DNA of 64,000 nt from Gammaproteobacteria bacterium. Lineage in GTDB: Bacteria; Pseudomonadota; Gammaproteobacteria; Steroidobacterales; JBFFHS01. Numbering within the stretch: the first letter of the stretch is position 1; each line of letters begins with the position of its first letter. The notes under the pieces are model-generated. The model was not told the DNA's origin. It made no database searches and was given only the letters and a program-made list of their open reading frames with translations. Of the stretch, positions 47,277-55,400 are shown piece by piece. The DNA lies in contig JBFFHS010000009.1 of NCBI GenBank assembly GCA_041556855.1, forward strand, positions 1,891 through 65,890, read 5' to 3'. The position numbers and the translations under genes are program-made.

Positions 47277-47735
47277 ATGATAACTGTACTGTTGATCTTT
47301 CACGGTCTTGCAGCAGTGCTCCTGCTCGGAGCGGTGACCCATCAGGCGATCGTTGTTTGGCGACGCAAGGCCATGCCGCCAGTCACATTTTTGAGGCGGT
47401 TGGTCAACGTGCAGGGCGCCTCCTACACCAATGCCACTATCGCTCTTTACGTTCTGGTGATGATCCTGGGCGGGGTGATCTATCCCAGCTACGTCCTGGA
47501 CGTAAAGGGCAGCCTGACCGATGCGCGCATGTTGAGCGCCATCGGCGCTTTCGAGATCAAGGAGCATCTGGCTGTCATCGGGCTGGCCCTGCTGCCCGGG
47601 TACTGGTACGTCTGGCAGCGAACGGCCGCCGAGCAGCTGCTGGCCCGCCGTCTTAACACGACTTTGTTGAGCGGAATCGTCTGGTGGAGCTTTCTGATAG
47701 GGCATATCCTCAATAACATCAAGGGCCTATTATGA
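47277..47735 (+). CDS. hypothetical 4-TM membrane protein
   Basis: 152 aa with four hydrophobic segments. His at positions 9, 22, 97 and 143 within or near the helices. ATGA overlap with the next ORF. Confidence 0.55.
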   Translation: MITVLLIFHGLAAVLLLGAVTHQAIVVWRRKAMPPVTFLRRLVNVQGASYTNATIALYVLVMILGGVIYPSYVLDVKGSLTDARMLSAIGAFEIKEHLAVIGLALLPGYWYVWQRTAAEQLLARRLNTTLLSGIVWWSFLIGHILNNIKGLL

Positions 47736-48058
47736 AAAAGACGTTGGCTCTGGCGGTGTTTACCGGGGTTTTCGCCGCGGTCTATCTGGCCAGCTTCCTC
47801 AATAGCTGGACCTGGTTTCGCTACTATCCGCTGACCGGCCAGTTCACGATGGCGGATCTGCCGCGAACCGCAGGACCTGCCATGGGCTGGTATGCGTGGA
47901 TTGCCCAGGGCGTGCTGGCAGCGGCCGTGGCGACGTTGCTGGTGCTAATGCTGCCGCGTCGCTGGACAGACCGGGCTTGGGCGGGGCTGGGCGGTTTCCT
48001 CGCCCTGTTAGTCGTGATGTACACCTTCTACGTGGAATGGCACTGGTTTCAAGGGTAA
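47732..48058 (+). CDS. hypothetical 3-TM membrane protein
   Basis: 108 aa, Trp/Tyr-rich hydrophobic protein, translationally coupled on both sides (ATGA at 47732, TAATG at 48056). Confidence 0.5.
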   Translation: MKKTLALAVFTGVFAAVYLASFLNSWTWFRYYPLTGQFTMADLPRTAGPAMGWYAWIAQGVLAAAVATLLVLMLPRRWTDRAWAGLGGFLALLVVMYTFYVEWHWFQG

Positions 48059-48510
48059 TGGCGCGGGCATTACTGGTTGCTCTCATTATCGTGGCTGGTA
48101 TCGATACCGCCTTGAGTAACGGCGATGAATTTTTCCGGGACGACGCCTTCTCCGACGACAAGCCTTTGGCGACTCAGGTCATCTTCAGTGGTAGCGTGAA
48201 AGACGCCGCCGGTCGTTACGTGGAAGACGCCACCATCACCGTGGCCGTCACGGTGGCCACGCCGCGTGGCGAAAGGCGCATTGCTTACAATGCGTACACC
48301 AACAACATCGGTCGCTATCGGACCCTGGACGTGGCCAGCGTCGTGCTGGTTATGGAGGAGGTCGAGGTCACGGTCGATCCCCGGACGGTGGAGCTCAGCG
48401 TGGCAAAGCCCGGATACGAGGTCACCCGGCGCCTGGACCGCAGCCGCGCGGGACAGGCCAGCGGTGTTTTCGAGGTGGATTTCTGGATGGCCAGGACAGA
48501 CACGGAATAG
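48058..48510 (+). CDS. hypothetical exported protein with single CarboxypepD_reg-like beta-sandwich
   Basis: N-terminal hydrophobic helix MARALLVALIIVAGI. FSGSVKDAAGRYVEDATITV...AKPGYEVTRR pattern resembles the Ig-like module of the heme-propeller paralogs. Confidence 0.5.
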   Translation: MARALLVALIIVAGIDTALSNGDEFFRDDAFSDDKPLATQVIFSGSVKDAAGRYVEDATITVAVTVATPRGERRIAYNAYTNNIGRYRTLDVASVVLVMEEVEVTVDPRTVELSVAKPGYEVTRRLDRSRAGQASGVFEVDFWMARTDTE

Positions 48511-48579
48511 AACTAGGGCCCCACTCTGACGTCTGCACCGACAGATGCCGCTTATGCAGAGTTCGCGCACGCTAAACAC

Positions 48580-49278
48580 ATGACCCTGCCAACCATTGCC
48601 CTTTCCAGCCTGGTGCTGGCTTTCATACCGAGCTTAGCCCTCATTGTCATCATGCATTGGTGGTCCCTGAAGGCCCTGACCGCGGTTTATGCCAATCTCA
48701 GAATGCTGGTTCAGTTGCTCGTCATCGGCTACGTGCTTAATTACATCTTCGCCACCGAGCAGCCTCTCATCATCGTGGCCGTGGTGCTGGTGATGATTGG
48801 TGTCTCGGCCTGGATCGCGCTGCGACCTCTGAAGACTCATGACGCGCGCCGCTATCTGGGCTCGCTGGCGGCAATAGGCGCGGCGGGTCTGACCATGCTG
48901 GTGCTGATTACCGAGGTGGTTCTCGATATGCCGCGTTGGTTCGAGCCGCGCTATGTGGTGCCGCTGGCCGGGATGATCTTTGCCAACGCCATGAATACGG
49001 TGAGTCTTGCGGCGGAGCGCTTCGAGGCCGAGCACGGCAGGGGCATCGACTATCCCACGGCCCGGCGGGTGGCCCTGGACGCGGCGCTGATACCCCAGAT
49101 CAATGCGTTACTGGCCGTGGGCCTGGTGTCCTTGCCGGGCATGATGACGGGTCAGATTCTGTCCGGGGTGGATCCCCTGGTGGCGGCTCGTTATCAAATC
49201 ATGGTGATGTGCATGATTTTTGGCTCGGCGGGACTGGCGGCCGTCATCTACTTGCTGTTGCAGCGGCCGGATGAGTAA
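48580..49278 (+). CDS. FetB/YbbM-like (UPF0014) ABC-type permease, orphan
   Basis: 232-aa polytopic protein. LRMLVQLLVIGYVLNYIF and LPGMMTGQILSG resemble the YbbM/FetB family. No partner ATPase adjacent. Confidence 0.55.
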   Translation: MTLPTIALSSLVLAFIPSLALIVIMHWWSLKALTAVYANLRMLVQLLVIGYVLNYIFATEQPLIIVAVVLVMIGVSAWIALRPLKTHDARRYLGSLAAIGAAGLTMLVLITEVVLDMPRWFEPRYVVPLAGMIFANAMNTVSLAAERFEAEHGRGIDYPTARRVALDAALIPQINALLAVGLVSLPGMMTGQILSGVDPLVAARYQIMVMCMIFGSAGLAAVIYLLLQRPDE

Positions 49279-49348
49279 TCCGTCACGGGTCTGATCAGCC
49301 AAGCGGCTTGTCGTTAGATTACCGTTGCAGACGTTCTGATCAATCGGT

Positions 49349-49888
49349 TCAGGCATCCTCGCGGTTTTTCAGGGTTTCCATGTGCTCGATTAGCGCATCG
49401 ACCGTTTCCTTGAGCAAATCCAACTCTTCCACCGAAAGATCTTCCAGACGCTCCAGGTTGTATTCAACCGTATCGATGATTTGACTGGCAGGGCGCTGCA
49501 AGGGGCGCATGAAATAGCTGGTGATGGTGGCAACGATGGTCCCGAAAAAGATAGCCGAGCCAACGATGATCCAGATTCCACCGATCAAGCGCGCCAGATC
49601 CGAATCGGGTGTGTTGGCGATACCGGCGGTGGAGAACGCAGCAACGCCCCAGTAGAGCGCGGCACTGAAAGAATCAATGCTGCTGCCTGGCACATCCCGT
49701 TCGATGAGATAGAGGGCTGCGGCAAACAGAACCCACAACACCAACAACAGCAGAATGGTCTGCAGAAGGTAGGTTTCGCTGGCGATGGAGCGCAGATACC
49801 TGCCCATGCGAGGTGTATGGGCAACCTGCAAATGCACCGACGGCTTACGCCGCCGGCCCTTGCTCTTCCGGCGTTTGGTTTTGGCCAT
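49349..49888 (-). CDS. 2-TM pore-loop ion channel family protein with non-canonical filter
   Basis: Basic N-terminus, TM1, pore helix + filter-like SFSAALYWGVAAFSTAGIANTPDS, TM2, and a helical C-terminal tail. TAGIAN replaces TVGYGD. Confidence 0.6.
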   Translation of the reverse strand: MAKTKRRKSKGRRRKPSVHLQVAHTPRMGRYLRSIASETYLLQTILLLLVLWVLFAAALYLIERDVPGSSIDSFSAALYWGVAAFSTAGIANTPDSDLARLIGGIWIIVGSAIFFGTIVATITSYFMRPLQRPASQIIDTVEYNLERLEDLSVEELDLLKETVDALIEHMETLKNREDA

Positions 49889-49915
49889 CCTTTCTGCCTC
49901 GCTGCAGCCCGCTTA

Positions 49916-51607
49916 TCAAACCCCCTCACGCCGAGCAGCGAGCGAGCTGATCTTGCTCTTATCGGGATACAGCACACCGATACCGCCGTTGGCTATGGCC
50001 CGGGTGCTGTACCAGACGTGCCCTTCGCTGGATACATCCATCTTGGGGAAGTCGCTGCTGCGCGGTGAGGGATAGTAGGTGAAACGCTCCGTGCGCGGAT
50101 TAAACTGCACGATCGCCCCGCCCTGGCCGGCGTCGCTCATCCACACCAGATCGGTCTTGCGGTCGCGCCAGACGTCGTAAGGCTCCGAAAAGCGAGACGC
50201 CATGTCGTACTCGTCCCGTTCGCCGGTGCGCAAATCCAGCTTGCCCAGGCGCCCCTGGCTGAATACGCCGTACCAGACCACGTCCTGGGAATCGATCCCC
50301 AAGCGCCGCGTGACGCAGGGGGGGTCCACCAGCGCCGGGTATTCGGTGAAGCTTTGCTTGTCCGGATCAAACACGGCAATGGCGCAGCCATAGAGCTGGG
50401 CCATGACGGGCTTGCCGTTGGGGGCGACGTCCAGCCCGTAGGGCATGGAATTCTTGGTGGGCACGCGCCAGACCTCCACCGTCTCGCTGGCGCGGTCCCA
50501 TTTGCCCAGGCCGTCGCCGTAGATCAGGGTGAACCAGACGTTTTCCATGGCATCCAACACCGGGGTGTGGCCCCCCAGAAAGCCCAGTTCGCCCGTGGGG
50601 TCGTAGGGGAAGCGGGTCATGTCGCCGCTGGCGGGATCCAGCCGGCCCAGATGACCACCGTCCACTTCGGCCCAGTACACGTAGCCCTGGGAGTCGATAG
50701 TCAGCCCATGGGGGTCGGCGGCCGGTTCCGGCAGCTCCCATTCGGTGATCTCCCCAGTACGCGGGTCCAGCCGGCCGAGCGCATTGGGCAGGGTCCGCTC
50801 CGCGTACCAGACGTTGCCCGAAAAATCGATGTGCACCTCCTGCAGCCAGCGTTTCGGCCTGTCCTCGTCCAGCGGCAGCACGTATTCCACCCATTGGGCC
50901 TGTGCGAGGGCTGCCTCATCCAGGGGGATCTCGATGTCGGCCTTGATGCGCCGATCGGGGCTGTCCTCGCCGAAGTGGGTGGCCAGGTATACGGCCATCT
51001 GCTTGTGCTGCTCTGGGCTCACCTGGCCCGGCGGAATACGGTTCACGAGCATGGCGCCTATGGTGGCGTCCCACTCTTCCTCGTTGCGATGAAAAAAGGC
51101 CAGGTAGCTCTTGCCATGGCATTCGATGCAGGTGCTCTCGATCAACGGTTTGATGGGGTCGTCCGGATACAGCTCGTCGTAGGGAACCAAAGGCGCTGAG
51201 CTGAGCCGCTCACCCATGGCCATGCCCATGAAACGGCCCTGTCCCGGCGTCTCCGCCTCGGCCCGGCGCAGGGTGAAGTCCGCGCTGGCGACGCCGCCGG
51301 CGGCAAGATCAACCGTTTTGCGGTCGCTAGTGAACCCGAGCTTCTCCACCCACACCTGATACCGGCCGGGGAACATGGCGACGGTCTGATATTGCCCGGC
51401 GGCGGTGTAGACCATGTAGATGATGTCCCGGTCCGTATGCCGCGCATAGACCTTGGCTGCCTTGAATTCGGCGGGTGCAGTGACGGTACCGCTCAGACTG
51501 GCCAGCTCCGCGAGCGGGTCCTGTTCGCCCGGTTGCCCGCAGGCTGTCAAGAAGCCTGTGAACAGCAGGGGCAGAACGATCCGGACGGGAGACGCTGTTG
51601 TTGTCAT
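49916..51607 (-). CDS. lipoprotein: CarboxypepD_reg-like + mono-heme c + Vgb-like 7-bladed propeller (paralog D)
   Basis: LTAC lipobox, FPGRYQVWVEKLGF, and YDELYPDDPIKPLIESTCIECHG. Propeller repeats LGRLDPRTGEITEWELP and LGKLDLRTGERDEYDM. Roughly half of residues identical to paralog A by eye. Confidence 0.8.
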   Translation of the reverse strand: MTTTASPVRIVLPLLFTGFLTACGQPGEQDPLAELASLSGTVTAPAEFKAAKVYARHTDRDIIYMVYTAAGQYQTVAMFPGRYQVWVEKLGFTSDRKTVDLAAGGVASADFTLRRAEAETPGQGRFMGMAMGERLSSAPLVPYDELYPDDPIKPLIESTCIECHGKSYLAFFHRNEEEWDATIGAMLVNRIPPGQVSPEQHKQMAVYLATHFGEDSPDRRIKADIEIPLDEAALAQAQWVEYVLPLDEDRPKRWLQEVHIDFSGNVWYAERTLPNALGRLDPRTGEITEWELPEPAADPHGLTIDSQGYVYWAEVDGGHLGRLDPASGDMTRFPYDPTGELGFLGGHTPVLDAMENVWFTLIYGDGLGKWDRASETVEVWRVPTKNSMPYGLDVAPNGKPVMAQLYGCAIAVFDPDKQSFTEYPALVDPPCVTRRLGIDSQDVVWYGVFSQGRLGKLDLRTGERDEYDMASRFSEPYDVWRDRKTDLVWMSDAGQGGAIVQFNPRTERFTYYPSPRSSDFPKMDVSSEGHVWYSTRAIANGGIGVLYPDKSKISSLAARREGV

Positions 51608-51637
51608 GGGGTGCTCCTCGTAGTCAGTGCCACCCTT

Positions 51638-52681
51638 CTAGGGGGCGGTCGCGGTCGTCACCACCGAGACGCGGTCGCCGAAAAAGGTGCCCAGGTAAAG
51701 CTTGTCCCCCTCTACCAGCGCCACCGACGGACCCGGGATGCGTCTCTCAGAGTGCGCGTAGATCGTCTCCACTGCAAGGGTCAACGGGTCGATCACGGCG
51801 ACGGCGAAGGGGAACGCACAGGATACGTTGCCAAGCTCCCCGCAGCCGCGGGTGCCGAACCAGGGCGTGCCCGTATGGCCTGCGACCAGCAGCAGCCCAT
51901 CGGCCGTCCAGGTCAGGTTGTCCGGCTGCAGGGGCAGGGGGATTCGTTGGCGGTTGCCGCCGTCGGGGTCGACGGCGGTGAGATCCTGGCCATAGGTGGA
52001 TGCGACAAAGATCCGTCCGGAGGCGGGATCGGTTTCGATACCGTTGGGAAATGCGGCGTCGGTGCCGGGGATGACCCGCCAGCCATCCTGGGGATGCCAA
52101 CGTGCGGCATAGCCTGTATCAAGGCGCAGCAGCAAGCTGAAATTAAGCAACCGGGTGCGCGGCGGTTTGAACATGTGGCTGATGACGAAGCCGCCGTCGG
52201 GGAGGGCGGCGACGTCGTTGGGCGTGAGGTACGCCGGCACGTCGACGCAGCCCTGCCAGATCAGGCCTGGCACCGGGCCTCTAGTGACCGCAAAACGTTC
52301 AATCCGCACCGCAGGGCCCCCGTTGACGACGAGCAGCGTCGTCTGGTCGCCGCTGGTGCTCAGATGAAAGCCCCGCGGCTTCAGCTGCTCAGGTGGCGGT
52401 CCACAGATGGCGCGCTTGCGCTCGTCGCTCGGCGGTGCCACTGCGGGTTGAAGGCGGACCACGCGACCATCGCGACGATTAAGCGCCGCCACGTGACCCG
52501 GTTCCATGCCGTTCCCCAATTCGCTGATTAGCAACCAGTCGGTGCCGGGCAGAAACGCCAGGTCTTCGGGTTTCGCAAACCCGCAGACCACGTGGATGCC
52601 GGGGCTGGGTGCGCAGTCCGGGATGGCGGTCGGCTGGGTGCAACCTGCCAACAATGCCGCTGCGCCCAGGGTCATGGCCAT
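51638..52681 (-). CDS. lipoprotein, six-bladed propeller of the SMP-30/arylesterase (paraoxonase-like lactonase) type
   Basis: MAMTLGAAALLAGC lipobox; ATG at 52681 preferred to the ORF-track start at 52807. AFPNGIETDPASGRIFVAS and PDNLTWTADGLLLVAGH resemble paraoxonase/SGL blades. Confidence 0.6.
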   Translation of the reverse strand: MAMTLGAAALLAGCTQPTAIPDCAPSPGIHVVCGFAKPEDLAFLPGTDWLLISELGNGMEPGHVAALNRRDGRVVRLQPAVAPPSDERKRAICGPPPEQLKPRGFHLSTSGDQTTLLVVNGGPAVRIERFAVTRGPVPGLIWQGCVDVPAYLTPNDVAALPDGGFVISHMFKPPRTRLLNFSLLLRLDTGYAARWHPQDGWRVIPGTDAAFPNGIETDPASGRIFVASTYGQDLTAVDPDGGNRQRIPLPLQPDNLTWTADGLLLVAGHTGTPWFGTRGCGELGNVSCAFPFAVAVIDPLTLAVETIYAHSERRIPGPSVALVEGDKLYLGTFFGDRVSVVTTATAP

Positions 52682-52912
52682 GATCGGCGGCAGCGGCAGA
52701 CGGTAGGTGCCGGAGGCTTCTGGGTTGCGACCCCTGTTATGGCCGTTCTTCAAGACTGAAAGCCACGCAAAAAACCCTGCAAGTAGACGGCGACCAACCG
52801 CTAGCATGGGGCTTATCGTACCGCCTCGGGGATACTGGGGTGGAACATTCCGCTCTGCCGAGAGTCCGATAAAGGCGGTATCATCGCGCTTGCCACTGCA
52901 AAGGACACGCCT

Positions 52913-53515
52913 ATGAGAGTTATATCGCTGGCCGCGCTGGCCGTTGCCTTCGCGGCGGCCACGTCCCCGTCGGTTGAGGGGGCGTCGGAGGATACAGCGA
53001 TCACGACGTTCGCCGGCGGCTGTTTCTGGTGCATGGAAGAGGCCTTTGAAAAGGTAGACGGTGTGGTCGAGGTGGTCTCAGGTTACATGGGCGGCAGCGT
53101 CGAGAATCCGACCTATGAACAGGTTTCGGCGGGCCGCACGGGCCACGCGGAGGTGATCCAGATTACCTACCGCCCCGATCAGGTCAGCTACGCTGAGTTG
53201 CTGGATGTGTTCTGGCGCAATATCGATCCGACTACCCCGAACCGACAGTTCTGTGACGGCGGCAGCCAGTATCGGGCCGAGATTTTTTTCCATGGTTCCG
53301 AACAGCAGTCGCAGGCGGAAGCCTCCCTGGCGCAGTTGCGCGACACCAAGCCCTTTGCGAAGCCGATCGTCACGGCCGTCAGCGCCGCCAGCGAGTTTTA
53401 CCCGGCGGAGGACTACCACCAGGACTACTACAAGAAGAACCCGACCCGCTACAAGTTCTATAAGTGGAACTGCGGGCGGGCGCAGCGGCTGGAGGAACTC
53501 TGGGGAGCCGGCTGA
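52913..53515 (+). CDS. msrA: peptide-methionine (S)-S-oxide reductase MsrA with N-terminal signal peptide
   Basis: GGCFWCME active-site motif, HAEVIQITY, and YHQDYY. Preceded by MRVISLAALAVAFAAATSPSVEG. Confidence 0.9.
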   Translation: MRVISLAALAVAFAAATSPSVEGASEDTAITTFAGGCFWCMEEAFEKVDGVVEVVSGYMGGSVENPTYEQVSAGRTGHAEVIQITYRPDQVSYAELLDVFWRNIDPTTPNRQFCDGGSQYRAEIFFHGSEQQSQAEASLAQLRDTKPFAKPIVTAVSAASEFYPAEDYHQDYYKKNPTRYKFYKWNCGRAQRLEELWGAG

Positions 53516-53523
53516 GGGTATTG

Positions 53524-54531
53524 TTAGACTGCCGCTTCGATCACCGCCACTCGCGCGGGCTCTGCCGTCGGGTGCACGGCTTTCAGGGTAAGGCCGGCCT
53601 GCTCGAACAAAGCGCTGTACTCCGCCACGGTTCGTTCCCGGCCGTGGGTGAGCAGCATCATGCCGACGTCCTGGGCCTTGATGGGGTCCGGCGCATTGCC
53701 CGGCTGGATGATGGCCTCGACGACCAGCACCCGGCCCCCCGCCAACATGGCGTCGCGGCAATTTCGCAACAATGTCACGACTTGCGCGTCTGTCCAGTCA
53801 TGCAGAATTCGTTTCAACAGGTAGAGGTTCGCGCCGGCCGGCACCGCGGCGAAGAAGTCGCCGGACACCAGCTGGCAGCGCCGCAGCAGGTTGTCATTCA
53901 GAAAAGACGGCTCCTCAAGCACCTGAGGCTGGTCGAAGAGCACCGCCTGAATGTCCGAGTAACGCCGTAGAATCGCAGCCAGTAGGCCACCTCGGCCGCC
54001 GCCCACGTCCACCACGGTGTCGTAGGCGCCAAAATCGAAGGCCTCCGCAACGCACGCATCTTCCGGCTCCGAGATCAGGGCCATGGCTGCGTCGAACAGG
54101 CTGCCTGCTTCCGGATTGGCTGCCAGGAAATCGAAGAAGGGCATGCCATGGGCTGCATCGAAGGCGGGCTCGCCGGTCTTCAGCGTGTGAGGCATCTGCA
54201 GGTAGGTGGCCCAAACGATGTCCTGCCAGGGTTGCCGCAACAGGTCGCGAATGGATGCCGGTCCACTGGCCAGCACTGAGGAGAGCGGCGTCGGATGGAA
54301 GCGGCCATGCTCGTCCTCGGCGAAGATCCCTTCCGCCGCCAGCATCCGCAGCAGGCGATGAACGGCGCCGGCATGCAGGTTGAGGGCCTCGGCCAATTCA
54401 ACGGGGGTGTGGGGATGCGCTTCGATGTGGTCGGCGATGCCCGTCTCCACCACCAGGGCGATTGCGCGTGCCAGCTGTGCCTGCCCGGTGATGTGAAGAA
54501 TCCGGCCGGCGGGAGACATGGGCTTGCTCAT
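53524..54531 (-). CDS. SAM-dependent O-methyltransferase (family 2, small-molecule type)
   Basis: Dimerisation/wHTH N-domain, VVDVGGGRGG SAM motif, and ILHDW. ATG at 54531 (MSKPMSPAG), overlapping the upstream stop (ATGA). Confidence 0.85.
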   Translation of the reverse strand: MSKPMSPAGRILHITGQAQLARAIALVVETGIADHIEAHPHTPVELAEALNLHAGAVHRLLRMLAAEGIFAEDEHGRFHPTPLSSVLASGPASIRDLLRQPWQDIVWATYLQMPHTLKTGEPAFDAAHGMPFFDFLAANPEAGSLFDAAMALISEPEDACVAEAFDFGAYDTVVDVGGGRGGLLAAILRRYSDIQAVLFDQPQVLEEPSFLNDNLLRRCQLVSGDFFAAVPAGANLYLLKRILHDWTDAQVVTLLRNCRDAMLAGGRVLVVEAIIQPGNAPDPIKAQDVGMMLLTHGRERTVAEYSALFEQAGLTLKAVHPTAEPARVAVIEAAV

Positions 54532-54857
54532 GGCGTCAGCCGATTGCGCTGTTGCTGCGCACCTTCGCGGACGAACAGATAGGCGGGGAGGGCGCAGGAC
54601 AGCCCGACGAGAAGATTGAGGAAGATGAACAGGCCCGGGTGCGGACCTTGGCGCAGACGGCGCTCCTGGAGCATGAGCAACCAGAACACAAAGGACGCTA
54701 CCAATAGATCGGTGGTTAAGCCGCTGGCGGCGGGATTGGCAAAGACGGCGGCCATGAAAGCCGGCAATCCCAAGCCCTCCGCTGTGAAATGCTGCATGAA
54801 AAACAAGTACGGGCCGATGGCGCCGAGGATGGCCAGGATCAGATACGTCGTCCGCAT
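54528..54857 (-). CDS. small 3-4 TM membrane protein (DUF2834-like)
   Basis: 109-aa hydrophobic ORF translationally coupled to the methyltransferase. Confidence 0.55.
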   Translation of the reverse strand: MRTTYLILAILGAIGPYLFFMQHFTAEGLGLPAFMAAVFANPAASGLTTDLLVASFVFWLLMLQERRLRQGPHPGLFIFLNLLVGLSCALPAYLFVREGAQQQRNRLTP

Positions 54858-54908
54858 GACAGCTCCCGATAACGACCGGTCTAAGACAGTACCGCTGGTT
54901 GCGCGTGC

Positions 54909-55400
54909 TCAGTCCGTTGCCAATGCCTCCGGCGCTGGGTCGGCGTGCCGCTCTTGCCAGGCCTGCCGCCGCTCGGCGAGTCGGCTCTCGATCAGAGTGA
55001 TCTGATCGGGGCTGAGGATGGAATAAATTGCGTTGCGCATCTCGGTAACGGTCCGCACCCACTCAGCCGCCGCCTCCGCAGCAGCCTGGGCAGCAGCCTC
55101 CGTGTCCGAACTGTACTGCGGATTCTTTGGCGCCACGTCCATCAGCGACCAGGCGACCGCGATGCCCTGGCGGGTGATGGTTTTCAGGCGCGGACCGTAA
55201 TCCTTAAGGATGTCGGCAAGAACCGCCTGCTGCTCGATGCTCAAGCCCAGATCCTCTTGCAGGCGAGCCAGCAACCGCTCCAGCGCGGTGGCGTCGCCGT
55301 AAGCGTAAGGGCTGGTGCCGCCGACGCCGTCCTCAACCTCGGCAAGCAGGGGCTGGGCGACCAGGATCAGCAGGGCCAGGATCAGGCGGGCGGCGGTCAT
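54909..55400 (-). CDS. hypothetical periplasmic helical protein (Spy/CpxP-like)
   Basis: Signal peptide MTAARLILALLILVAQPLLA. Ala/Glu/Gln-rich helices with LSIEQQ / LSPDQI (degenerate LTxxQ-type) motifs. Start uncertain (55400, 55433 or 55508). Confidence 0.5.
   Translation of the reverse strand: MTAARLILALLILVAQPLLAEVEDGVGGTSPYAYGDATALERLLARLQEDLGLSIEQQAVLADILKDYGPRLKTITRQGIAVAWSLMDVAPKNPQYSSDTEAAAQAAAEAAAEWVRTVTEMRNAIYSILSPDQITLIESRLAERRQAWQERHADPAPEALATD

Noticed and set aside
13466-51607. Inverted paralogs A and D as substrates for inversion of the about 36-kb segment between them
   Set aside because: The proteins are only about half identical by eye, so nucleotide identity is far too low and patchy for homologous recombination. 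The arrangement is noted only as a description.
53524-54531. Methyltransferase considered as part of a restriction-modification or defence system
   Set aside because: The sequence is a family-2 small-molecule O-methyltransferase (dimerisation domain, VVDVGGGRGG, ILHDW). There are no DNA-MTase motifs (DPPY/PCQ) and no nuclease or ATPase partner. I recognised no defence-island hallmarks anywhere in the window.
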